Shown: in pieces, positions 1-6,430 of the stretch
How the letters are laid out: each line of letters starts with the position of its first letter
Numbering within the stretch: the first letter of the stretch is position 1
NCBI GenBank assembly: GCA_964373795.1
Contig: CAYJVY010000015.1
Span: forward strand, 5,120-23,946
Length of the DNA stretch: 18,827 nucleotides
Source of the DNA: an uncultured archaeon
Lineage (GTDB): Archaea; Iainarchaeota; Iainarchaeia; Iainarchaeales; DATDZZ01
Reading direction: 5' to 3'
The notes under the pieces: model-generated
Seen by the model: only the letters and a program-made list of their open reading frames with translations
Database searches by the model: none
Told to the model about the DNA's origin: nothing
Translations under genes and position numbers: made by a program

Positions 1-72
1 AAAAACTGTGGAAAAAACTGTGGAAAAAACTGGAGCAAAAACTGGAGAGAAAACTGTGGAAAAAACTGGCGA
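1..72 (+). repeat. Tandem 12-nt repeat, six units, in frame with the deaminase ORF; may continue upstream of the window
   Basis: Units: aaaaactgtgga (x2), aaaaactggagc, aaaaactggaga, gaaaactgtgga, aaaaactggcga. They encode (V/G)(E/A)KT repeats: VEKTVEKTGAKTGEKTVEKTGEK. Confidence 0.9.
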
Positions 73-796
73 AAAAGGATTGCTTAAAGCAATTGTTTCT
101 CCGCATGCAATTTACACTGAATCAAAAAAAGAATTACAAGAAATTAATGAATTTTGTTTAAGACATAATTTGATGAAAAGAATTCATGTAGCTGAAACTC
201 GTAAAGAAAGATTTGATATTCAAAAAAAATTTGGCAAGCTTCCAATTGAATACTTAAAAGAAATAGGTTTTCTAGATTCTGAAACAATTCTTGTTCACTG
301 TATTTGGATTACTAAAGGAGAAATTCGTTTAATTTCGCATGCAAAAGCAATGGTTTCTCATACTCCTGTCTCAAATATGAAGCTTGCATCTGGAGGAGTA
401 ATGCCTTTAACTGAAATGCTTGAAGAAAAAGTTATTGTAGGTCTTGGCACTGATTCAGTTGCTTCAAACAATTCTTTAAACTTGTTTCAAGAAATGAAGT
501 TTGCTGCTTTGCTGCATAGACATCATAAATGGAATCCCAGCATTTTTTCTGCTCAAAAAGTTTTAGACATGGCTTCAATTGATTCAGCTAAAGTTCTTGG
601 ATTGGATAAAGAAATTGGAAGCATTGAAGAAGGAAAAAAAGCCGACTTGATTTCATTAAATATTGATTCCAATTTATTGCCAATTTCTTTAGAAAACATT
701 GTTTCAAATATTGTTTTTTGTAATGCTGAAAACAATTTATCTGAAGTAATAATTGACGGTAAATTAAAACTTAGAAACAGAGAATTTGTTGAATAA
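2..796 (+). CDS. Amidohydrolase-superfamily deaminase (MtaD/DadD-like), C-terminal ~260 aa. The ORF is open to the window edge, so the 5' end is missing.
   Basis: Motifs typical of this family: SPHAIYT, HVAETRKE, LVHCIW, SHTPVSNMKLASG, GLGTDSVASNN and GSIEEGKKADLI. No stop between nt 2 and the track start at 8 (a GTG). Confidence 0.8.
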   Translation, partial: KTVEKTVEKTGAKTGEKTVEKTGEKGLLKAIVSPHAIYTESKKELQEINEFCLRHNLMKRIHVAETRKERFDIQKKFGKLPIEYLKEIGFLDSETILVHCIWITKGEIRLISHAKAMVSHTPVSNMKLASGGVMPLTEMLEEKVIVGLGTDSVASNNSLNLFQEMKFAALLHRHHKWNPSIFSAQKVLDMASIDSAKVLGLDKEIGSIEEGKKADLISLNIDSNLLPISLENIVSNIVFCNAENNLSEVIIDGKLKLRNREFVE

Positions 797-797
797 A

Positions 798-1166
798 TTA
801 TTCTGCTTTGCTGAAAACTATTTCAGCGTTTTGATCTACTTCTTCTTTTACTATTCCGCTTACTAGAATGCCTGTTTGCATTCCACTTTTTGCAACGTTT
901 CCTAGTTTTGATTCAACTTCAAGTATTTGAATTGTTTTTCCTTTATAATTTGCAGTCATTCCATCAGTTATTGCTCCTGTTAAAACAGTTGCAACAAAAT
1001 AAATTTCTTCTTTTACGTTTGCAAAATTGCATACTTTAATTAGCTTCACTTTATTTTCTGACTTAATTTGTTTTAATGCAGTCATTTGAGGACTAATTAT
1101 TTCAATATGTTGTAGCTTCATTATATTGCTTCTTTCTTTATTTGATAATAAGGATACAATGCTCAT
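798..1166 (-). CDS. Small standalone protein resembling the beta-barrel domain II of translational GTPases (EF-Tu/IF2 type); function unknown. The real start may be Met16 at 1121.
   Basis: Segment ATVLTGAITDGM...KGKTIQILEVESKLGNVAKSGMQTGILVSGI follows the G-x-G / beta-strand pattern of EF-Tu domain 2. No GTPase domain is present. Recognition by eye only. Confidence 0.4.
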   Translation of the reverse strand: MSIVSLLSNKERSNIMKLQHIEIISPQMTALKQIKSENKVKLIKVCNFANVKEEIYFVATVLTGAITDGMTANYKGKTIQILEVESKLGNVAKSGMQTGILVSGIVKEEVDQNAEIVFSKAE

Positions 1167-1251
1167 TTTAACCGTTTAATAATGTGCATTTTTATTAATA
1201 GTTTTTGTTACTTTGATTTGTCAACAGGTTTTTCTGAAAAAAATTAGAAAA

Positions 1252-1659
1252 TCAAACTTGGACTTGAGTTTGAGAATCAACTAACTCGATGTAGGATAAA
1301 TTAATTTTTAGTCCTTGAGCTGCTTTTCCCTTGCTTAGAGTTACATGTAATGGATTTTTAACGTTAACAATTACTCTTAAATTTCCCCATAACTGGTTTA
1401 CTTGAAGCTTGTATTTTCCGCTTGCATTAAATACTTCGTCGTTTGCAAATTTTTTTGTAATGAATTGAGAGCCATCCATATAAGAGCCAAGCCCTTCTTT
1501 TATTACTCCATCCATTCCTTCTACTGTTACATCAGTTAATCCTTGTTCTTGCATTCCTTGTTTAATGCATTCAAGTATGCTGTCGTCTTCATCTAAAACT
1601 AGTGTTAACTGTCTTTTCACGCCTTTTTTTTTAAATAAATAAGCATCTATATGAGGCAA
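1252..1659 (-). CDS. PPC/DUF296-like protein (PD1-like predicted DNA-binding fold)
   Basis: 135-aa ORF. The pattern RQLTLVLDEDDSILECIKQGMQEQGLTDVTVEGMDG followed by a Gly-rich beta-rich C-terminus resembles DUF296. The start codon at 1657-1659 is TTG, and there is no ATG until residue 36. Confidence 0.5.
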   Translation of the reverse strand: MPHIDAYLFKKKGVKRQLTLVLDEDDSILECIKQGMQEQGLTDVTVEGMDGVIKEGLGSYMDGSQFITKKFANDEVFNASGKYKLQVNQLWGNLRVIVNVKNPLHVTLSKGKAAQGLKINLSYIELVDSQTQVQV

Positions 1660-1722
1660 TCTATCACCCTTTTTTAAAATTATTAAATTAATATCTTCAT
1701 TGTTATTTATAAATCTTTATTT

Positions 1723-1812
1723 TTAGGATTTCAATTTTCTAATTAGTTTAACTTTTTCAATTACTAGTCTTCCAGTGCATTCACTTTGCATTTCCTTGTT
1801 TATGCCTTTCGT
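1723..1812 (-). pseudogene. Decayed fragment resembling the 3' end of dph6 (diphthine-ammonia ligase)
   Basis: Minus-strand translation gives TKGINKEMQSECTGRLVIEKVKLIRKLKS-stop. The intact dph6 C-terminus is KAEKEMENECTGRFRIRKAELVNLL-stop. 11 of 19 residues are identical across KEM..ECTGR..I.K..L. Same strand, own stop codon, and stop codons immediately upstream in frame. Confidence 0.55.
1768..1782. repeat. Direct repeat, copy A of a 15-nt identical core (tcttccagtgcattc)
   Basis: Exact 15-nt match to 3171-3185 in the same orientation. Weaker flanking nucleotide and protein similarity on both sides. Confidence 0.7.
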
Positions 1813-1830
1813 TTATGGTTAAGAATTTAT

Positions 1831-2442
1831 TTAAAGTTTTTTCAGGAGTTCTTTTTTGGTTTTTGCGTATTCATGTGCATTAGTGTTCAAGTATTTGAAT
1901 TCTTTGAATGAAGTTATTATTTCTTTGAGTCTTTGCTTATAGTGTTTAAGGTCATGCTGTAAAAGCATTTCAGCGTATTTTTTGAAGTCGATCTCAGAAT
2001 ACACTAATAAAGTCATGATGTCTATCCTGTCTTTTTGGCCTTTAACGCTGTACTGTCTATCCAATTCCGCGCCTTGTTTTAGGATAAGCAAAGCTTCTGT
2101 TGTTATGACTTCAAAGCCTTCAATTTTTGTTGTAATGCTTGTAATGCTTTCTATAGGTATTGATAGCTTCGAATAGTGTGGAACATAAATATCTAAATCA
2201 ATTTCCTCAAATTTTATTTCATATTTTTTTAGTCCATCATTTTTTCTCAAATCATATTTTTGTTTTAAGTTTTCTAGGGATTTGAAGTCAGGAATTATTA
2301 TGTCAATGTCTTTGGATTTGTGTTGTTTTGTCCAAAGATATGTTGCCCATCCTCCAATTACAATAAACCTGAATTTTTCTTTCTTTAAGTCTTGCATTAC
2401 TTGCCAGCTTTTTTCTGTAAGCAGACTATTCCAGAATTCCAT
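1831..2442 (-). CDS. Pol-beta-fold nucleotidyltransferase, AbiEii-like (putative type IV toxin)
   Basis: IVIGGWATYLWTKQHKSKDIDIII matches the hGG-x(n)-DhDh NTase signature. A third acidic strand is EEIDLDIYV, followed by a helical C-terminal half. The ATG overlaps the upstream wHTH gene by 17 nt. Confidence 0.55.
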   Translation of the reverse strand: MEFWNSLLTEKSWQVMQDLKKEKFRFIVIGGWATYLWTKQHKSKDIDIIIPDFKSLENLKQKYDLRKNDGLKKYEIKFEEIDLDIYVPHYSKLSIPIESITSITTKIEGFEVITTEALLILKQGAELDRQYSVKGQKDRIDIMTLLVYSEIDFKKYAEMLLQHDLKHYKQRLKEIITSFKEFKYLNTNAHEYAKTKKELLKKL

Positions 2443-3010
2443 ATAGTTTTTCCTCTAATGATTTCAAAAACTCTTTAGCATACCATTCTCTTAGGTTCCA
2501 CAAATCAATAAAAGTGTTAGCAATTGTCGTTGTTTTTCCATATTTTTCCATTGCTTTGTCTTTCTTTAAAATAAAAAAATTAGGCGCGCCTTTCTTTTTT
2601 GGGAATCTTTCTTCCAGGCTTTCATTTCCATAAACATATATTTCAGAATAATCTGCAGGAACGTCTTTGAACAAGAACTTGTAAGCACTATAAGCAGAGA
2701 ACACAACATTGTTCGGCATTTCCTTTTCTATTTCTTTCACGGGTTTTTCAATCCTGGTAGAGTAAATAATATCTTTTTGTAGATTTCTAATGCTTGCCCA
2801 GTAATATAAGATTTTTTTCACATCCACGACATGAAAAGCCCTTGGTTTTACCTCTATTGCGCCCATTTTTTCCAGTGCCCTTATTGCGCTGTTAATACTG
2901 CTGAGTGAAATTGAAAGACTTCTAGACAGATCTGCCTGTGTTAAAACTCTATTATTTTTCTCAATTGCTTGATAGAGTATTTCTCGATATGTCAATTCTG
3001 CATTTTTCAT
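2426..3010 (-). CDS. Winged-helix transcriptional regulator with a C-terminal domain, AbiEi-like (putative antitoxin/autoregulator)
   Basis: The N-terminal LTQADLSRSLSISLSSINSAIRALEKMGAIEV is a typical wHTH. About 120 aa of additional domain follows. Translationally coupled to the NTase gene. Confidence 0.55.
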   Translation of the reverse strand: MKNAELTYREILYQAIEKNNRVLTQADLSRSLSISLSSINSAIRALEKMGAIEVKPRAFHVVDVKKILYYWASIRNLQKDIIYSTRIEKPVKEIEKEMPNNVVFSAYSAYKFLFKDVPADYSEIYVYGNESLEERFPKKKGAPNFFILKKDKAMEKYGKTTTIANTFIDLWNLREWYAKEFLKSLEEKLYGILE

Positions 3011-3032
3011 ATTTCTATATTGTGTAAAAGTC

Positions 3033-3040
3033 TTTATAAA
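3033..3040 (-). promoter_or_regulatory. TATA box (TTTATAAA) for the wHTH/NTase operon
   Basis: 22 nt separate the box from the ATG at 3010, implying a leaderless or near-leaderless mRNA. The AT-rich background lowers specificity. Confidence 0.45.
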
Positions 3041-3062
3041 TCTTTCTAAAATTTAAGAAAGA
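3041..3062. promoter_or_regulatory. Inverted repeat (tctttct-n8-agaaaga) abutting the TATA box; candidate operator
   Basis: Perfect 7-bp arms with an 8-nt spacer, at the BRE-proximal side of the wHTH gene promoter. Confidence 0.4.
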
Positions 3063-3132
3063 TTGTTAAATACTAAAATTAAAAAAAGAAAGATATATTC
3101 TGCGATCAGAAGCCGAGTTTTTCATTTTTAAT

Positions 3133-3822
3133 TTATAATAAATTAACTAACTCTGCTTTTCTGATTCGAAATCTTCCAGTGCATTCGTTTTCCATTTCTT
3201 TTTCTGCTTTCAATATTTTAATGCGTTTTTTATAAAAAGGCGCAAAAAGCACAAATGTTTCAAACTCGCCTCCTTCGCCCCCTATTTGCAAGCCAAATTT
3301 TTTGCTTAGCTGTTCCAACTCTGTTACTGCTTTTTCATCAATTCTTTTTCCTAGCCAGTTTTCGTTTAGTCCTTGAGCTGCAATTTGGACTAAAATTATT
3401 TCAAATTCTTCTTGAATTAATTGTTTAAGCAATTGTACTTGATTTTTATGCCATAAAGGTGAAAAGGTTTTCAAACCAAGTTCTTCGCAAATCCTGTTAA
3501 CTCTTTCATGTTGATAGTCACTTGCTAATGCTCCTACTACAATTCCTTGAATTTTGAATTTATTTTTTGCTTTCAGAATTGCTTTTTTTAAATCTTTTAA
3601 TTCTAATTCTTTTTTTCCAAGAGTTTTTTGCTCTATCAACGGCAAGCCAATTGCTTTTGCTTGTAATTTAATTATTTTAGGATTAACTGATTGAAACATC
3701 CAAGAACTTTCAGATTTTGGAATTAATGAAATCAAGCATTTTATTTCCCATCCTTGCTGTAAATAGTATTGGATAACAAAATTTGAGTCTTTCCCTCCTG
3801 AAAAAAGCACGCCTAACTTCAT
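3133..3822 (-). CDS. dph6: Diphthine-ammonia ligase (Dph6 / MJ0570-family PP-loop ATP pyrophosphatase)
   Basis: MKLGVLFSGGKDS is a PP-loop (SGGKDS). Also GALASDYQHERV and GGEGGEFETFV, which are hallmarks of the family. I prefer Met13 (ATG at 3822) over the GTG at 3858, because the 3858 start would run through the shared TATA box. Confidence 0.85.
   Translation of the reverse strand: MKLGVLFSGGKDSNFVIQYYLQQGWEIKCLISLIPKSESSWMFQSVNPKIIKLQAKAIGLPLIEQKTLGKKELELKDLKKAILKAKNKFKIQGIVVGALASDYQHERVNRICEELGLKTFSPLWHKNQVQLLKQLIQEEFEIILVQIAAQGLNENWLGKRIDEKAVTELEQLSKKFGLQIGGEGGEFETFVLFAPFYKKRIKILKAEKEMENECTGRFRIRKAELVNLL
3171..3185. repeat. Direct repeat, copy B of the 15-nt core, inside the dph6 3' end (codons ECTGR)
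   Basis: Exact match to 1768-1782. Coordinates may be off by 1 (see the rejected note on 3231-3240). Confidence 0.7.
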
Positions 3823-3845
3823 AAAAAGATTTACTAATGAAATTC

Positions 3846-3853
3846 TTTTATAA
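3846..3853. promoter_or_regulatory. Single near-palindromic TATA element (ttttataa) shared by divergent dph6 and ogt
   Basis: 23 nt from the dph6 ATG (3822) and 25 nt from the ogt ATG (3879). It is the only TATA-like element in the 56-nt spacer. Confidence 0.45.
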
Positions 3854-3878
3854 CCCACTTGTCTTTTGAAATGGTTTT

Positions 3879-4340
3879 ATGAAGAACAATTTTAAGGCTT
3901 TTTATAGTTCGCCACTTGGTTGGATTAAGATTTCTGGAACTGCAAATGGAATTCAATCAGTTGAGTTCGCCTCAATTAAAGGCAATGATATTTTGGAAAA
4001 AAATTTAAGTAAATGTGTTAAACAATTGCAAGAATACTTTTCTGGGAAAAGAAAAAAATTTTCCCTTCACTTTGATTTCCATGGAACAGTTTTTCAAAAA
4101 AAGGTGTGGAAGGAGTTGCAAAGAATTCCTTTTGGTGAAACAATTTCTTATAAAGAGCTTGCTGAAAGAATTGCAAAACCAACAGCTTTTAGATCTGTAG
4201 CAAATGCTTGTAACAAGAATCCTTTGCCTATTTTAATTCCTTGTCATAGAGTTATAGCCTCTAATAAGAAAATTGTAGGTTATTCTGGCGGAATTAAAAA
4301 GAAGAAATGGTTGTTGGAGTTCGAAAAATGTATTGAATAA
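3879..4340 (+). CDS. ogt: Methylated-DNA--protein-cysteine methyltransferase (O6-alkylguanine-DNA alkyltransferase)
   Basis: Active-site motif IPCHRV, plus FQKKVWKELQRIPFGETISYKELA and GYSGG. Confidence 0.9.
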   Translation: MKNNFKAFYSSPLGWIKISGTANGIQSVEFASIKGNDILEKNLSKCVKQLQEYFSGKRKKFSLHFDFHGTVFQKKVWKELQRIPFGETISYKELAERIAKPTAFRSVANACNKNPLPILIPCHRVIASNKKIVGYSGGIKKKKWLLEFEKCIE

Positions 4341-4353
4341 TAATTTTAGGAAA

Positions 4354-5133
4354 TTAATTATTTTTTAATGGCGTTAAAATAATTTCTAAAAAGTTTTGAA
4401 GAGTGTTTAAAAAAGTTGAAATAGATATTGTTGGTTGTGCTAATGAGGTTGTTTCAGTCAAAACAGTTACTTTTATGTTATCAATGTAAACTGTTGTGTC
4501 TGTTTCAAAGCTTCCCGAGCTAATTGTAAATCCGCCTCCTTCAATTCTTTCAGGATCAAAGAATTCAAATTTTTTGTCATCGACCGTTATAACAATGTTG
4601 TTTTCTTTAGAACTATTAACCTCTATTTTAATTTTATGCCATTTGTTTACTTCAAAATTAATTGGCTCTGAAAACATTGGTTTATTTTTATAAATATTTA
4701 ACTTGTTAGTGAAGATATCTAAGACGTAATTTTTTTTATCTTCACTTGATGACATGTCCAAAAACGTGATAGAAATATTTTGCCCTTTAACCAGTTTTGC
4801 ATCAAATTCTAGTAAATAGTTTTTCCATTTGTCTTCGTTTAATCCAGTGTGCGCGTAATATTGTGCTTCAGGTCCTGCTTGTTCAATTTTTAGAACTATT
4901 CTTTCACTATCTTTTATTACTTTCATATTTTCTATACTGTTGTATTTTTCTACATTATTTAAATCAAAGTCTTCTTCAAGCAAAATCCCTTTTAGTGTAT
5001 TGCTAGATTCTGGCGTTCCTTTATTTCTAGATATTTTTTCTTTAGTCCCGTTATCTAATTTAGTTTCTCCAATACATCCGCTAAGTAAAACAAAGGAAAT
5101 TAGCATTACTAGAAATAATTTTTTTACTTGCAT
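4354..5133 (-). CDS. Putative lipoprotein with a LamG/DUF1080-like jelly-roll domain
   Basis: Signal peptide ending in the lipobox-like LLSGC. The segment WHKIKIEVNSSKENNIVITVDDKKFEFFD...GGFTISSG...VYIDNIKV resembles concanavalin-like lectin/glucanase folds. The fold call is weak. Confidence 0.5.
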   Translation of the reverse strand: MQVKKLFLVMLISFVLLSGCIGETKLDNGTKEKISRNKGTPESSNTLKGILLEEDFDLNNVEKYNSIENMKVIKDSERIVLKIEQAGPEAQYYAHTGLNEDKWKNYLLEFDAKLVKGQNISITFLDMSSSEDKKNYVLDIFTNKLNIYKNKPMFSEPINFEVNKWHKIKIEVNSSKENNIVITVDDKKFEFFDPERIEGGGFTISSGSFETDTTVYIDNIKVTVLTETTSLAQPTISISTFLNTLQNFLEIILTPLKNN

Positions 5134-6116
5134 AGTTCTTCTCCTAATATTTGTAAAGCGAAACTTTTTTCCTCTGACAGAACTTCTTTATGGCCTAACT
5201 TTTCCTTCCATGTTTCTGAGCATAAAACGCTTAACTCGCAAGTATTGCAGTAAAGCTTTTTAGAGCATTTCCCATTAATAATTTCTGGAATGGATGAATT
5301 TGTTTTTGATTGGTTTATTTCGCATTTCAATCCAGGACTGTTTGAAATACTTAACTTAATTATTTTTTCATCAAATCCTGCATCGATTGATTTTTCATTT
5401 ACCTTTATTTCATATGCTCCGTCTGCATTTAAGTATTCTGATGGAATACTCCAATTAGATTTAATTTTTTGATCTGGTAAAACATAATTTTTAGCAACTT
5501 CATTTAAAACTTTATTTGGAATTGAATAAATTTCTTCTTTTTTTAAATTTTCTGAATTAATTTTAAACACTTTTAAATTTCCAGTTATTTCGTTTACTAT
5601 TGGTTTTTCTCCTGAATTTATTACATCGTATGTAAATTCTAATTTTTGAGAATCGTGTTTGAATGAAATTTCTTTTGGATCGTTAATAATTTTTATTTGA
5701 GGAGGAAGACCTCCAATAAAAACACTGCAAGCATTTAATTCATTTATTTCAACGCATCTAAAATTTGCTTCAGTTATTATTTTTTTTGGGAAAAAAACTT
5801 CTCTGTCGTCCCATTCAATTTTTCCGCATTTTTCTTTTTTTTGACAGCAACTACTTTCATTAATGCATCTTATATTAACTGTTCTAGATTTAGTGTCAAA
5901 ATTTGAAATTGAAATTCTTGAATTTTCTTGAAAATCAAATTTGCGCTTAATTGTTTTCCCTAAATCTAATTCAGATGCATTTAATCCGCTTGTTATTTCT
6001 TTTTTTACATCTAATGGTTCTTTAAAAACTCCTAATAAAACTGCAAGTAATGCAATTATGGCAATTGTTCCAATTGCTGCAATTAATAATTTGAATACGT
6101 TAACCATTTTAATCAC
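5124..6116 (-). CDS. Membrane-anchored, cysteine-rich extracellular protein, unknown function (alternative ATG start at 6107)
   Basis: N-terminal hydrophobic helix FKLLIAAIGTIAIIALLAVLLGVF and 12 Cys in clusters (CINESSCCQKKEKCG, KCSKKLYCNTCELSVLC). The track start is GTG. Overlaps the downstream gene by 10 nt. Confidence 0.55.
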   Translation of the reverse strand: MIKMVNVFKLLIAAIGTIAIIALLAVLLGVFKEPLDVKKEITSGLNASELDLGKTIKRKFDFQENSRISISNFDTKSRTVNIRCINESSCCQKKEKCGKIEWDDREVFFPKKIITEANFRCVEINELNACSVFIGGLPPQIKIINDPKEISFKHDSQKLEFTYDVINSGEKPIVNEITGNLKVFKINSENLKKEEIYSIPNKVLNEVAKNYVLPDQKIKSNWSIPSEYLNADGAYEIKVNEKSIDAGFDEKIIKLSISNSPGLKCEINQSKTNSSIPEIINGKCSKKLYCNTCELSVLCSETWKEKLGHKEVLSEEKSFALQILGEELCK

Positions 6117-6430
6117 TTTTTAACAAATTCTATGTGCCACATCCATACAAGTATTTTTTTCAATAAATAGATTACTATTGCTAAAGCCAGAGTCCACATT
6201 ACTAATTGATCCCATTGATCAGTTAAAAATAAAAATCTCTTAATTTCATGTCCAAAAAAATCTATTTGAAGAATTATCCAAATAGTTAATGCTGCTGCAA
6301 ACAAAAATAATGCTATTTTGAATAAAATCATTAACCAGTTAACTATTTTGTGTTTCATTTTTTCACTAATTATTAAATGCATTAAACTCATATAAAAAAC
6401 TAGTCTCCGAGATTTAAGCAGTGCAGCCAA
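6113..6430 (-). CDS. Small two-pass membrane protein, unknown function (start uncertain; in-frame Met codons at 6391 and 6358)
   Basis: Two hydrophobic helices: WLMILFKIALFLFAAALTIWIIL and LVMWTLALAIVIYLL. Overlaps both neighbours if the longest ORF is used. Confidence 0.45.
   Translation of the reverse strand: MAALLKSRRLVFYMSLMHLIISEKMKHKIVNWLMILFKIALFLFAAALTIWIILQIDFFGHEIKRFLFLTDQWDQLVMWTLALAIVIYLLKKILVWMWHIEFVKK

Noticed and set aside
1-72. Could the 12-nt tandem repeat be a CRISPR array or a mobile-element terminus?
   Set aside because: The units are contiguous with no spacers, only 12 nt long, and exactly in frame with the deaminase ORF. No other repeat-spacer structure was seen in the window.
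2582-2589. The GC-only octamer ggcgcgcc inside the AT-rich wHTH gene.
   Set aside because: A single short palindrome within coding sequence (codons for G-A-P), with no repeat partner or structural context.
3231-3240. By my manual count the A-run in ataaaaaagg has six A's. That would put the last 32 codons of dph6 out of frame with the rest, a possible homopolymer frameshift, and place the stop at 3132 instead of 3133.
   Set aside because: The supplied ORF track shows one continuous 241-aa ORF (3133-3858) whose translation requires five A's. I treat this as my own homopolymer counting error. Hand-derived coordinates between about 3130 and 3240 may therefore be off by 1. Worth a quick computational check only.
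3823-3858. Longer N-terminal extensions offered by the track: GTG at 3858 for dph6, TTG at 12112 for the TIM-barrel gene, ATG at 1166 for the small barrel protein, and GTG at 6116.
   Set aside because: The extensions precede conserved N-termini (for example MKLGVLFSGGKDS), use non-ATG codons or run through promoter-like AT-rich sequence. Internal ATGs with proper TATA spacing are more plausible. The 1166 and 6116 cases remain open.
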